Part shown: in pieces, positions 22,801 through 35,477 of the stretch | Numbering within the stretch: the stretch's first letter is position 1 | How the letters are laid out: each line of letters opens with the position of its first letter | Origin: Antechinus flavipes | Lineage: Eukaryota | Direction: 5' to 3' | Assembly: GCF_016432865.1 (NCBI RefSeq) | Contig: NC_067401.1 | Span: 7,626,001-7,690,000 of the forward strand | DNA length: 64,000 nt | Made by a program: the position numbers and the translations under genes | The notes under the pieces: model-generated | Database searches by the model: none | Seen by the model: the letters and a program-made list of their open reading frames with translations, nothing else | What the model was told of the DNA's origin: nothing

Positions 22801-24126
22801 AGAGGCAGGCTGGGTGCCGGGGCCCGCTGGGCCGGAGGCGCTCACTGGCCGCTGCCGGGACCCAGGCCGAAGCATCTTCCCATTTCCTGGAGAGGAGAAA
22901 AGGAAACACGCCCCCTTCTCCCTAAGAGAGAAGTCCGGGGGGTTGGGGGGCTCTGGGTCCAGAATGGTGCGTACATTTCCAGAAAGCGGCTCTGGATCGG
23001 ACAGTTCCCCTCTCGTTTCGCTTTTACGGGAATATTATTTCTTGGTATAATTGTCCGAATCTGCCTCTTGGCCCTTGTCGATGTTTCCCTTTTTAATTTA
23101 CTGGTGGAAAAGTCTGGCAGCGAGGAGGAATTTCTCAGCCTATTCAAGGCTGGTCATCTGCCCGGCTTCGGCCCTGACCGGAAAAGCATGGAAACTGGCA
23201 GTTGGGGGTGAGAGGGAAGACTCGGGGGCAGAAGTCTGCCGTTCGCCCCTGCGAGCAGCTAGGAGCTCGGGGGACGCTGGGCGGGCGCCCTTCCCAGGAC
23301 CACCTTGGCGTCCCTGCAGCCCCGCCCCTGAGCCGGAGCCGGGCCCTGCCCTAAGCGGCTGGGGACTGTGACTGCCAAAGGCTTTAGCCATGGGTGTCTT
23401 CTGGGCTACAGATGGACGGGCACCGGGCGGTCTCGGGTGGGGGAAAGTCACAAAAGGAGCAGGGAACGAAGCGACGCCGCTTGGACTTGAGAGCCGCGTC
23501 CTCCGCCATCTTTTTGCCGGCTCTTTGATCCCGGCCTTGGAGAGCTGCTCCCCTGCCTCGTTCGTGGGGCTCGGGCCATGTCCACATCATCACTGATGAC
23601 CCGGCAGCTCCTGGTTGGACACGGACGCGGGCACATCCACAGGGGCCGTTCTCTTGGCAAAAGGCAGGTTATTTAGGGGACCGGGTTCCAGACAAAATGA
23701 AGGCATGAAACAGGAACCAGAAGTGGCGGGTGTGAAGTAGGAGAGCGTCTGGTGAGCAAGGGTCGCAATGGCCCGGGAGGAAGGGGACACGCTGTGGGGA
23801 GGAGGGGGCAGGGCAGACTGACCAGATTCAGCTAGAATAAGGGGACAGCCCCAAAGGTCTTCATCCCCAGCTGATCTTTACAGGTGAATTAAAGCTTCAG
23901 GGGTTTTCCCTCAGGGAGACCAGGCGGTAAAGGCCGGAAGTCGGGAGCAAGGCCCCAAGGCCCCGGCAGACCAGGTCCCGACCTGCCCGAAGAGGCTGAT
24001 CAGCGGCTCAAGGAGGCTTAAAGATGCCCAGAAGTTGGGGAGGGATAATGGGGCTGCTCAAGCGTCCTCTCTAAATAGTCTGGGAATTAAGCGATGCTGG
24101 CTTCTTCCGGACGGGGAAAGAGTCAG

Positions 24127-24134
24127 TGACGTCA
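24127..24134. promoter_or_regulatory. Palindromic CRE site TGACGTCA
   Basis: Exact consensus in a CpG-rich intron-1 patch 1.4 kb upstream of exon 2. Function untested. Confidence 0.4.
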
Positions 24135-25548
24135 TTGCTTCTTGGGGCCCAGAGTCATCGAGACACGGAACAATATATAGACCCGGACGACAGAATAATG
24201 GCCCCGGAGCCGGCCCCAGCCTGGGCCCTGAGGAACTGCGGGCCGGGCCAAAGGCGCGCCTCATTTCTGGGCTCGTAGTTCCTGCTCAATAAAGTGGAAT
24301 GAAACCCAGTGTTTAAATTGTGGTTAAACAGTGATTAAATTCAGTGTTTATTAGGCTCCTCAAGTCAGTCAGTAAATATTTATTAAGCGCCTGCTCTGCG
24401 CCGGGCTCTGTGCTGAGCCCCCAATGGACAAGAAGAGGCAAAAGACCATCCTGGTCTGGAGGAGCCCGCGATCTAACGGGGGAGCAGCGTGTGGGAAATG
24501 CTGGATGGGGTGCGGGGCAGGGACCAGGAGGCAGGAGCTTCCGGGCCTGGGGGGGGATGGCCGATGTCCTGGGGCCGAAGAGAACGTGAGGAGGAGGGGC
24601 GGGATAGGAAGGGCTTTGGGGAGCGTTGGATCCTATAGTATGACAATCCCCGTCTGTGTCAGCTGGGGCAAGGTTCAGTGGGATTCTGGAGCCCAGTGGG
24701 GGCTGGGCCACAGCAGCTGTTTCAGCAGATGACTATGACACAGAACTGAGCTTTAGGGATGCCTCAGTTTACTTGTCTGTAAAATGGAAGGATCAGTCAC
24801 TCAGTGACCAGCCTGATTTCAGGTCACCATTGATGAAGCGCCCGGCCCATCTGCTGAGAGGGGACAGGCTCGGGTGCAGGATGAGGCATTTAGTTTGGGG
24901 CATGAACAACGTGATCATGTGACCAACATTTTTTGCAAAAGCTTTTCTTTTCTTTTTCTGAGGGGGAGGGGAGGCGAAGAGCAGAGAAAATAAATGCTTG
25001 TTAATGATAAAAGTTCCAATGAATGAAAGGAAAGGCTTGAAGGAGAGGGCGACCAGGGCCTCTTCCCAGACTCCTTTACGCTCCTGTGTCCTGGGCAGTA
25101 ACGGGCCCCTCCTGGGCTCAGTTGCCCTGCACGGCTGGTGCGGTGGGACCGCTCTCAGTTATCCTGAGCGCTTTTACCGGTCTGAAAAGGCCGGGGTCTC
25201 CAGCTGGGAAAACCCACTTCCAGAGGCAGCTGCAGGGGCCGGATCAGCTGGAGCTTCCGTCCCCATTCGGGGGCTCAGCCTCGCGGCAGCAGTTACTCTG
25301 GGAAAAGGGGGAGAGAGAGAGACAGAGATAGACAAGCAGAGATAGAGAGATGGGGGGGGAGACACAGAAAGAGAGAGAGATTGAGACAGGGAGAGAGAGA
25401 CGGACCAAGGCCCTGATTCACCAACGTTTCAGCCCGGACTCAGTCAGACACTGGCCGGGCCCAGAAACGTCCCTCGTTGCTCTTTGGTCTCGGAGGGGGG
25501 ACCTCGGAGCCTCAGCAGCCGGTAACTAACGGTCCTTCTCTGTTCCAG

Positions 25549-25687
25549 CTCAGCACCTGGTCCCGGCCACCAGCTGCCCCGAGGCGGACTTCGAAAAGCT
25601 CCTGCGCGATGTCTGCCTCAGCAAGTTCAGGGGGGAAATGGCGGGGATTGAAAAGAAGTTCTGGTGCAACTGGGACTACACCTACAA
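25549..25687 (+). CDS. RAMP1: RAMP1 exon 2
   Basis: ccttctctgttccag acceptor and AA|GTAAGT donor. Length 139 nt. Translates QHLVPATSCPEADFEKLLRDVCLSKFRGEMAGIEKKFWCNWDYTY-K, versus human [46 protein letters not shown]. Confidence 0.95.
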
Positions 25688-26522
25688 GTAAGTCCTTTCC
25701 CTTCCTCGGGTCCTGCTGGGGGGGACAAGGGCAGGGGCGCTGAGGGCTGTGCCCCGGGGGTGGAAGGCGCTGCCAGCCTCGCTTCTGGGCGTCCCGTTGC
25801 GGGTCACTGGGACGCTCTGTGTGCCCGGATCTCAGCGCAGCCGCTCTCAAAGTCCCCAGCGCCATCTTTCCAGACGAAGCGAGTCGCCGGCGTGGGGGTT
25901 CGTCCTCTGCTTTATCGTCGGAGGTTTAACCACGTCTTAGGAGAACAGACGGGAGAAAATACTCCCTTTGTTTAAGTGGAAAATCCCCAAGTGGTGCCTT
26001 GTTATTCTGTCTGTGGCCCAATTAGGGAGTTTTTGAGCAACGATCCTGGCCTGGTTTGCCATTTCCTTCCAATTTCTGATGAGGAAACTGAGGCAAGCAG
26101 GATTAGGTGACTTGTCCAGGGTCATATAGCTCATAAGTGTCTGAGGCTGGATTTGAACTCAGGTCCTCCTGACTCCAGAACCAGTGATCTATCCACGAGC
26201 ATGAAACAAAGCATATGGTTTCAGACTTTTTTTTAATATAGTTGTTACTTATGCTGACTTTTTTCTATGTCTCTCTTTAGTCTTTAAAAATACATCAGAC
26301 ATCTTAAGTGGAAAAGGGGGGTGCACTCCATCAATAAAGTAGCTTTCATTAAGCACCTACTATGCGCCAAGCACTGAGGATACAAGGACAGAGAATGAAG
26401 CGGTCCCTAATAACGGCCCCAAGTGGACTCTGGCAAAGCCAACCACAGGGGGACTGGGAGCCCGGCAGAGAGAGGGCTCGGAGTGTGGGGAGCTCTCTAG
26501 ACATTAAGAGTAAGTACAATTG

Positions 26523-26744
26523 GGGCAGCCAGGTGGCACAGTGGGTAGAGCACCAGCCCTGAAGTCAGGAGGACCTGAATTCAAATCTGACCTCAGATAC
26601 TTCCTAGCTGTGTGACCAAGGGCAAGTCACTTAACCCCAATTGCCTCAGCAAAAAAAAGATAAAATAAAATCAATGAGTGAATGAATGAATGAATGAATA
26701 AATGAAATAAAAATACAAAAATAAAATAATTTTAAAGAAATAAA
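26523..26744 (+). mobile_element. Young WSINE1-like CORE-SINE with A-rich/(TGAA)n tail and TSD
   Basis: gggcagccaggtggcacagtgggtagagcaccagccctgaagtcaggaggacctgaattcaaatc...aaccccaattgcctcagcaaaa. Perfect 11-bp TSD aagtacaattg at 26512-26522 and 26745-26755. Confidence 0.88.
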
Positions 26745-29403
26745 AAGTACAATTGTATTAGAGGTGAGCCCGCTGTTGGCTACCACATCAAGCCCAACAA
26801 TCTTCCTCTCCTCTGACAGGTCATGGCTCCCAAATTGGAGACCCTTGCTCTAGGTACTAGGGAGCCACTGACGTCTTAGAGTTAGACTGTAACTAGCATA
26901 AAATGCTGTCCTTGTCAGAAGGGCAGCTCTTTCCTGTACCAGGATATCCCCACCCATTATTAAGTTTTGGTTCCTGAAACATGGACACTCTGCAGCAATA
27001 ATGGGGCCCCTCCCTCACCCTGTTAACTGGAATTAATCTGTGGTGTTTGTTGTTGTTGTTAATCCATCCCCTGCCTCTCTAAGGCTCCAGACTGCTTTAC
27101 TCGGGGTGTGTGTTATTTAGTCGATCTCCCGAAGAGCCCTTAGTGTTTTCCCAAGAAATTCTCGGAAAGAATAGCCCATGTTCCTGGAGCTCGCAGCTCT
27201 AAGGCCTCGGGAGACGCCATCACCCACATTTCCCCTTAACCCGTGTGTGAGAACCCTGGCTCTGAACAAATCGATGAGTCTCCATCTTGCCTTCTTCGGG
27301 TCATACCCTCAGCTGGGATTTTCCATTAGAACATCAGTAGTTAGCTCGTATTTGTTGGGTCCAGCCCCGGATTTCCCCCGAGAGCAGCAGTACTTGGCTA
27401 CTCTCTGGGACCCACAAAATCGCAGTTGCGAGGGAATCGAGCCATCCTTCCGTCCGGTTGATCCCCCTCCCCTGGGACCTCCACGGCCCGTGTGACTCTG
27501 TACCGATGAAGGGATGGGAGCGGGCTCTGGATCCCTCTCAGCGCTCTCCATCGCGTCTGGCCTTCTCTTCCTTTGTGTCCCCATCTGGCAACGATTCCCT
27601 TTCTTTTCCTTTTCTCTGGGGACCCCTTCCAAGTGTCTCTCCCCTGAGGATTTTGCTTCTCATTGGACTGTCTGGTATTGATTTCCTAATGTTCATGAAG
27701 ACCAAGGGCCAGCCCGCTTTCTTCGTGGGGGAGGAAAGAAAATCTGTTGGATCTGTCGTGTTTGTGAGCCCCACCCTCTCTCAGACTGCCCAAGTGTGTG
27801 AACCAGAACCAGAGCTATCGCACAGACCCTGCGACTGGCCAAAGAGAGAGGAAGGGCTTCCGGGCCTATGTGGGCCCACCTGAGCCATCAGCAGCCAGGG
27901 CAGAAATCTGGACAGGTTGAGTAATTTGTCCCAGTTTGTTCTATAACCCGGAGGTCTTCCTCCTCCCGCTGCCCAAGTCTGGACCATTTACACGGTCCTC
28001 GGCAACAGGCAGCAACTTGTTGACAAGATGCCGGACTATGTGACTTCCAGGCCACCCAAGCTTTGTGCGAGAGGGTAAACCAAAAATGGAGAGGGAAAAT
28101 CAGAAATGGGAAAGATGGGTCTTACAGCTGATTGGCTGTTGGATCAGCTAGTCAACAGTCGATTAGACAGCATTTATGGTTCAATCATTTTTTAACTATG
28201 TCCCACGTTTTTGTGATCCCGTTTGGGTTTTTTTGGGCAAAGACATTGGAGCGCTTTTCCATTTCCTTCACCCGCTCATTTTACAGATGAGAAAACAAAG
28301 GCAGACAGGGTTAAGTGACTTGCCCAGAGTCACACAACTAGATTTGACATTATGGTAAGTAAAAAAGGAGCCTGTCCCAAGGTGTTCTGGGTGCACACAG
28401 TAGGTGCCTAGGAAATGTCGATTGACTTGACTACACGATTGAGCCAGATTTTCCTCCTTGGTAAAGTGATGGAGCTGAATTGGACGGTCTCTGCGCTGGC
28501 TCGCAGCTGTAGCTGGTGAAGGATGTTGCCCTTTTTCAGAAGCAAAAGGACCCCTGAATCTCCACAGGGAAGCTCTTGTTGAGACAGAGCTGGATCAAAG
28601 AGAATCTTGGTCCAGGGCATGGGTTCTGTTGGGTTCTGTTGGAGTTCTGTTCTTTCAAGGTCATCCACCTGCTGGAAGGTCTTCGACCTTGAGGGTCTGA
28701 GCTGCTCTTTGACACTGACCCTCTGTGAGTGTGGGGGAGTTTGGGATGGGGAGGAGGAGCATTTGCAATCAACTTGGTATTTCTATGCAAATTGTGCTGC
28801 CGAAGGGACCTGCCAGTGCTAGAGAAGGGACTTCTGGGCAAAAGATGGGCGGGATCAACCCCGAATCGAAATGTCAGAGGGAGCCGTTCCTGCGCTCCCC
28901 ATCTTGCTTCAAAGCAACGCGACGTCCACTGGAGAAGAGGCTGTGTGGGACTAATTACCCCAGACACCAGCCAGGCTCCCAGACTCTGCTCTTAATTTGA
29001 TCTGCGTGATAAAGAATTCAACATGGCTGGCTGGGAGCCTTCTCTGGCTGGGGGTGGGGTGGGAGAGGGGAGGGGAGAGCCGAAAGCGTGGGGAAGAAGG
29101 GAGGGTTGTTCTGGGAAGTTGGGCACCTCAGCATTAGATAAAGAGACTTCGTTCATTCTTCACCTGGCCTATGTTATTATAATTGAGTTATTTTTCTGTC
29201 ATTTATCCACGCAGATCCCAGTTGATCCTCAGGGAGCAGCTTTTCTAGACAGGCTCTTGTTGATGCTGGAGTTGGGGGCTTTTGGAAAAGGGCGAGCTAA
29301 CTTCTCTCTTTCATATGATCCTCGGTCAACACTTAGAAACATGAGAAGGTGGGAGGAGGAAGAGGATCTTTGCAGTGAAACAGTTTTAAAAAGAACCTCA
29401 GAA

Positions 29404-29520
29404 CAGTATTAAGGGGAAATTTTATATCTTTAGAGGCCTACTTGAATAAAATATAGAAAGAGAAGATCAATGAATTGGGCTTGCAACTTAAAAAACTAGA
29501 AAAAGAGCAAATTAAGAACC
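29404..29520 (+). mobile_element. Isolated internal L1 ORF2 fragment of about 115 bp
   Basis: Reads RGNFISLEAYLNKI*KEKINELGLQLKKLEKEQIKN, closely matching marsupial L1 ORF2 just after the endonuclease domain. Confidence 0.8.
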
Positions 29521-31699
29521 TCGGAAGCAATGGGAAAGTGGCTTTCTGCAAGCAGGCGATGTTAGTCTGTTATTGCAGAGTTTGGTTGTTCAGAAATCCC
29601 ACGTGGCTCAGGCCCTGGGTTACTCGGTACCTTTCCCTGCCTCCCGCTGCCTTTTCACAGTTTCAGCACGTGTTTGTCGGGTATTTCCTACGTCTCGGCC
29701 CGGGCTGGGCGAGTTTGCCATTAAAGCGGGCTCTGGAGCTGCCCTTTGGTCTGTGACTGTCCCTTCCATCTGCCCCTCTGGCCACACTTTCCTTCCTCTG
29801 AGGTACGAGCTGTTACTTGTCGCCAGCTTGCAGATGAGACAACCCCAGTGGAGGAGTTAGGTGATCCACCCAGGGTCACACAGCGGGTCTGAGGGGGGAG
29901 ATTTGGTCATGGACGTCGGGTTCTTTGCCAGCCTTAAAGGGCTGAGCAATGCCGGTTGTCGCTTTCGTTGGCTGCCGTGGATATTTCATCGCCCGCCTGC
30001 AGGCGGCCTCCCAGCAGGGGAGCCGGGTGCCCTCCGCAGGGTGCCCGGCCCGGCCCGGCCACTGCTCTCCTGTCCCGGGAGCGGGCCGGTTTTGCCTCCT
30101 TGGGTGAGCGCCCACCGAGGGTGACAGCTGGCCAGCTCCGTTCCATTCTAGGCCTTTAAACACAGAAATCTGGGCTTAGTGATTCAAAGTGTGGGCCCGA
30201 ATGAAAGCTGGGGATTTGTCCTAAAGCCGAGACTAGCAGGGGCTTAGGGGCTTGGAAAATAAATTAAACAAGAGGAATCAGGAGGGCGCAAGTCATCAGT
30301 GTTTATTGAAGAGGCTTGAAGCGAAGCCCTTGAATGCCGCCAACTCCCTGTGTGGCCCCTGCTTCTCTCAGGGCCTCGGGTTCCCAGAAGGATCCGGGAA
30401 GGGTAGATCCGGAGAAGAGAGTGCAGAGGGGGCCTTCACCTCCCCGAGGGGGCTGCCGGTGGGAAAGGCCCCGGCCCCAGAAGGCGGGAGTGAGAGGAAT
30501 GAGTCGTCCCAGAGTGAAATGGCCCTTCCTCCTTGGGAGCCCACTGGCAAAGGCTGGCTCTGTGGTAGAGGGCGGGTGGTCGGCAGCGACATTCTGCCTG
30601 GGAAGAAATGGCCACGGCTTCTCCTCCCGGCCTTGGCGGAGGTGAGACCTAAAAAGGCGCCTTGTTTCCAACGGGGCAACAAAGGACAGAGAAACCGGAG
30701 CAGCGCATGAAAGCCACCCGGGATTTCCTCTGAGGAGAGGTGGGACAGTCAGGGAGGATTTGGCTTCTTCCTGCCCCTCGGCTTTTGGCAGAGAGTCTCC
30801 CGTTCAAGGGCAAGCTCTAGGTCCCCAGCTGCCCCGAGAACCATGGGCCACCATGTCCGGACCTCATCCCCCACAGGTAGGGAGGGCAGTGGGGCGAGCC
30901 TTCAGGGGCTGCCATGGCCAGAACCCACCAGACATGGTTACAATAAGAAGGAGCGGTTTGGTGCTGGGGGGGCCCTGGACCTAGGTAGGGCAAGTCATTC
31001 AGTAAAATGGGGGGGGATGGACTTCCATCTCCCACTCCAAGGAGACAGTTAAACAAGACAACTCAAAGCCCTCCCTTGATGCACCAACATGGGCTAAGTG
31101 GGAGTTGGGCAGTTGACTTCCCTTCTCCCCAGCAGAACGATGGGCCGGAGCCTCTGCGGGCCCTTGGGAGCCTGTGAGCTTCTCATGGAGCTGAGACAGA
31201 GTATATACACAAAGATAGAGAGAGGGATGGACAGAGAGACAGACGGACAGAACTCTAGCTAAGGAAGCGAAATATTAGGGAGTGGCTCATTATTCAGTAA
31301 TAGAAGGTACAAAGGATACCGCAGGGATTATAGTCGGGCCTTGCTTGTCAGAGAAGACTTTTCTTGGAAGAAATGAACTTTAATCTTTTTTTTATTTTAA
31401 AATGCATTATGTTACAAATATAACACCTCTCCCTGAACCCATCTACTCTTTGTAACAAAGAAACTCAGCCAAAAACGATGGAGTATCGTGGTTGGACACC
31501 ATATGTGCTACTCTGTCCCCCCCACGTCACTGCTGAGAAGACAGAGGCCATTGAATTTTCTGTTCCCTCGCACCAGGATTGGTTATTATAATTAAAAGAT
31601 AATCCCAGAATCTGAGAGTTGGGAATATTAAGGGTCACATCATCCAACCATACACAAGGGAATCCCCACTGTAACACGTAACAAACAGCAGTTCAGTCT

Positions 31700-32090
31700 C
31701 TTCCCAAAGACCTCCGGTGAAGGAAGCTCCCGTCCCCTGGACAGTCTGTTCTCTTTGGGGCCCAGCGCTCTCCATCGTCTCCAGCTACTGTATCCATCCC
31801 CGATGTTCTCCTCACACTGGTTTAGTAACCCCATCCCAAAAGCAGATGGGGTTAGTCTGGCATGGGCAGAAGCCATCTTGGTTAGTTGTCACCATCGCTT
31901 CTCTTCCATTTGTTTAATGTACATCTTTTTAATGATCCTTTCAAGGAGTTTCCTAGGAGTCCAAGCCAAGATCGCTTGACTCTAGTCTGCAGATTTCACT
32001 TCCTTTTTTTTCTTTTTAAATGAGGCCATTTGCCTTTTTTTAATCATGTGGTACCTCTGTGTTTCCAGTATTCCAAAGATCACTGATGTT
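31700..32090 (-). mobile_element. CR1/L3 LINE RT fragment
   Basis: Reverse complement near 31838-31864 reads CQTNPICF (CR1 consensus SCQTNLISF). Boundaries approximate. Confidence 0.55.
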
Positions 32091-35000
32091 TGCTTGGAAG
32101 TTCCAGAGATCTTTTTCTGACATTGTTACACATGGCGTATGTTCTTCTCTTGCTTCTGCTTACTCCTCTGTCTGCCCACTCATCTTACCGTGTGTCTCAA
32201 AATTCCAGCCTGTTTAATGGCAAACTCATAATAGCCAGTGCATCTTTCTGCCGCATTTGGTCCATCCAGGCCCTGACCGAAGGGCTCACACGTAACCGGA
32301 CTCTTTTAGTACATCCTGTCCAGTGCCTTCCCTCTGTTGGTTTTTTCTTATTTTATCTCACATATAAACTGTTTGTACATCTTGTTGCATGTTGGCCCTT
32401 CCTCCCCCATTCCAACAGCTCATGAGCTTTGGCTTTCTTTGTATTCTCAGCCTCTAGCACCTGGCGCGTGATTGTCTGGTTGTCGTCCCTTGTTTTCAGA
32501 GAGGTCCAAACTTGGGGACGGGGCACAGCGTGTCCGACTGGCTGATCGGACCAAGAGACCGCCCTAGGTCTCTACCGTAGGCCGGCACAAAATGTCCTGT
32601 GAACATCTGTAGTGGGGAGTCTCTATGATGGCAACTAGTAAGCATTTAATAAGTGCTTATTAAGCGATCAATTCATCTCCCTGATGGAATATAGACTCCT
32701 TGAGGGCAGGGACCGTTTTATTTTTGTTTTTGTTTCCCCAGTGGCAAGCACAGTGCCTGATACATGGTAGACACTTAATAAGTTATAGATTATTTACATA
32801 TATGTTATTAATAAATGCCTATTCCTTTCCCAGGCATAGAGAAGGCACTTGATAAAAGCTTATTGGTAAGTTCTTAAGGAGGTAAAAATTTGGAGTGAAA
32901 ACCCCAGGTCCAGCTCTCGCCCGTGTGATTTTTGGCGTCTCTCCCACCGCACGGCCTCGGTGTCCCTCTCAGGGACCAGATAACTGCCCGGTCCCTTCTG
33001 GGCCCCAGAAGGCCCAAGGCCACAGACCCGTGCAGGAGCGAGCCCAGGGCAGACGTGCTGTGGGTGAGCCTTGTCTCTGAGCCTCACTTCCCCTTCCCTA
33101 AGTGGCAAGGACGCAGCTTTCTCTGACTCTGTGGTTGCCCCAGCCCACAAACACAAGGACAGGTCCCTGGTCACTTCCGCTTTCCTCCAGGACTAAATAG
33201 AAAACAGAAACTCCCCAGTTGCTGAGAAGCAGCAGATTTCCTGAGACCACAGACAAGAGTTGGAATGTGTGCCATCCTCCCCTCAGGTTAGGACTGCTGA
33301 GCTCCAAGCTCTAGAACTGGAGTCTGTCCTTACAGACTGTCAGATTGTCCCAGTGTGGGGACCCCCTCCATTAACACAGATTGCAGCCTGCCTGCAATCA
33401 CAAGGCCATTGGCGCTGGAAGGGACCCAAGAGATCTGGCCCAACTCAGTTCTGCAATTGAGTAAAATGAGACTCTGACCTTCCCAAGGTTCCACACTGCC
33501 TCTATCTGTGGCACAGTCTAGCCAGGAGCCCTGAAGGGAGGCTTGCCGTTGGGAGGCCTTTGATGGGCCCTGGCCCTCTGGCTGAGGAGCGGCCTCCAAG
33601 CATCCTTCACGGATGTAGACAGGCTGGGTTGGAGGGAGAAGGGAAGGACACCAGGATGAAGGCAGAGACAGCCTTGAATGACCCGGCCAATGGCAGGAGG
33701 GAGGGAGGGAGGGCCTCCCTGCCTGAGCCCCTTAGGGTTCCTCTGTCAGGATGATACGGGACACGGCAGAGAGCTCTTTACCGGCTTCCACCACAAGGCC
33801 CTCCATGGGAGACGGGCTTCTCTGCCCGGGTCAGGCCGGGCCCAGCCAGGAAGAAAGCCCTTGTGTGCAGAGATCCCCATTTTTCCTGCCGACCCCAAGA
33901 GGCAGGGAATGGCAAGTGCTCCCATCAACACCATGATTTTGTGTGAGCACAAGGTAACTCTAGATCTTTCAGGCAGAGGTGCATTCCTTAAGGGTTAATA
34001 TGAATGATATTATTATAGTCTCAGACAGCTAATGCCCCGGCTAGCTGCCTTGGGAGCTGCGCAGACGGGCACAGGAGCTGCCGGAGAGCCTTCTGCAGCA
34101 GGATCGGCCCCGTCCTCCCGTCCCCATCCTCCATTCCCACGCCAGCATGGTTCCATACTGGGGCAAGCCAGCTGTCCCAAAGCGATTGGATTACAAGCAC
34201 GTCGGTGGCCAAAAGGGGAGGCCGGCAGCTGCGAGGGATTAGAGCAAAGTCAGGTCCCCGGGACAGCCTTGTGTGGCTGTTGAGTGCCCCCCGAATCCCA
34301 AGGGGGCTTTGCTTAGGGCCATGACCTCCTTATCCTCAGGGAGGTTTGCTTAAGTCCCACTGCCAAAGCTTAAAGGCCCTTCAGTAGTGAGGACGTTGTT
34401 GGGTGGGTGTTGGGCAGGTCTCCGCTGACGCCAGGATGCAGATGGACATGGCCCGAGTGACCGCCATTTAACTCTGAGGCAGAAGAGGAGTCTGGGTGAG
34501 ACCCTTAGAAAGGGAACGAAACCCACTTCTGTTACACGGTGTGCGTTACAGTGCAGAGATGATGGAACCAGATGGCGGAGGGTCAAAAATGGCCCCGGGA
34601 ATGGAGGGCAGGGGCCGGAGAAGGGCGGTATCTGTCATTCAGGAAAATAAAGTCGGGAGGGGAAAGTGTGGGTGGATCTGGCCTGACACATGCCATCGAG
34701 GAAAGTAGGAGGTCGCCCCCTGCCCGATCTCGGCTGGGCCCCGTCCCTGATGCCCCAGCTTCCTGTCCGTCCCACTGAGGGGCCCGACTGGATGATGTCC
34801 TAATTCTCTTTCAATTCTAACGTTTGACAGCATTGTGGTGCGTCTGAGGTGTGAGGAGGACTCCCGAGAGGGAACCGGGAGCCGATAGTTGGGGATGTAG
34901 GACTTGGTCACGGGGTGGGGGTCTGAGGCCTTGGGAGGCAGTTACCCAAAGGTGGCTGGTGAAGTCCTGGCAGTTGGGGAAACCATCTGGCCAAGGGGGA

Positions 35001-35477
35001 CGACCTAAAGCAGAGGGATGGAAGCCAACGGGGAGGAGGGTGTGAGACGCTGGAAGCGCCAACGTTTGGGAGGAAGGAGAGAGAGGGACGGACCCCGAGA
35101 GAAGTGGCCTCCTGGAGGCCGGAAGCAGACTGGATGCTTAGCCAGAGGCTCTGGAGCTTCGGAGGCGCCGCACAGTAGGGCTACAGAACAGAAGCAATCG
35201 GGATCCGTGTGCTTGATGACATCAGGGATCTTAGGGATCTTAGCTACATGTTCTTCCTGAAGTCAAAGTGAAAGTGTGGAGTGCTGTCTAGCACGTGGTG
35301 AGTGAGGCTATTTGGGCGGGTTTCATATCAGTGGTTTTCTGTGGAACGAATACCATTTATCTCTGGCTCAATGAAAAGGTGATAGATTTTTTATGGGCAA
35401 AGGTGATTGCCTGAGCCCCGACTGCCTCACCAGAGTTACACTTTGGGGATGTCATCAGTGTCTCCATCGGAGCAGGT

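Noticed and set aside
26523-26600. tRNA-like A/B boxes here and in other SINE heads
   Set aside because: They are tRNA-derived CORE-SINE promoters, not tRNA genes; there is no cloverleaf.
28761-28792. Octamer ATGCAAAT plus a near-octamer
   Set aside because: A single 8-mer is expected by chance in 64 kb, and there is no snRNA gene or other supporting context.
30648-30657. Second CArG consensus CCTAAAAAGG
   Set aside because: Isolated A-tract variant within chance expectation.
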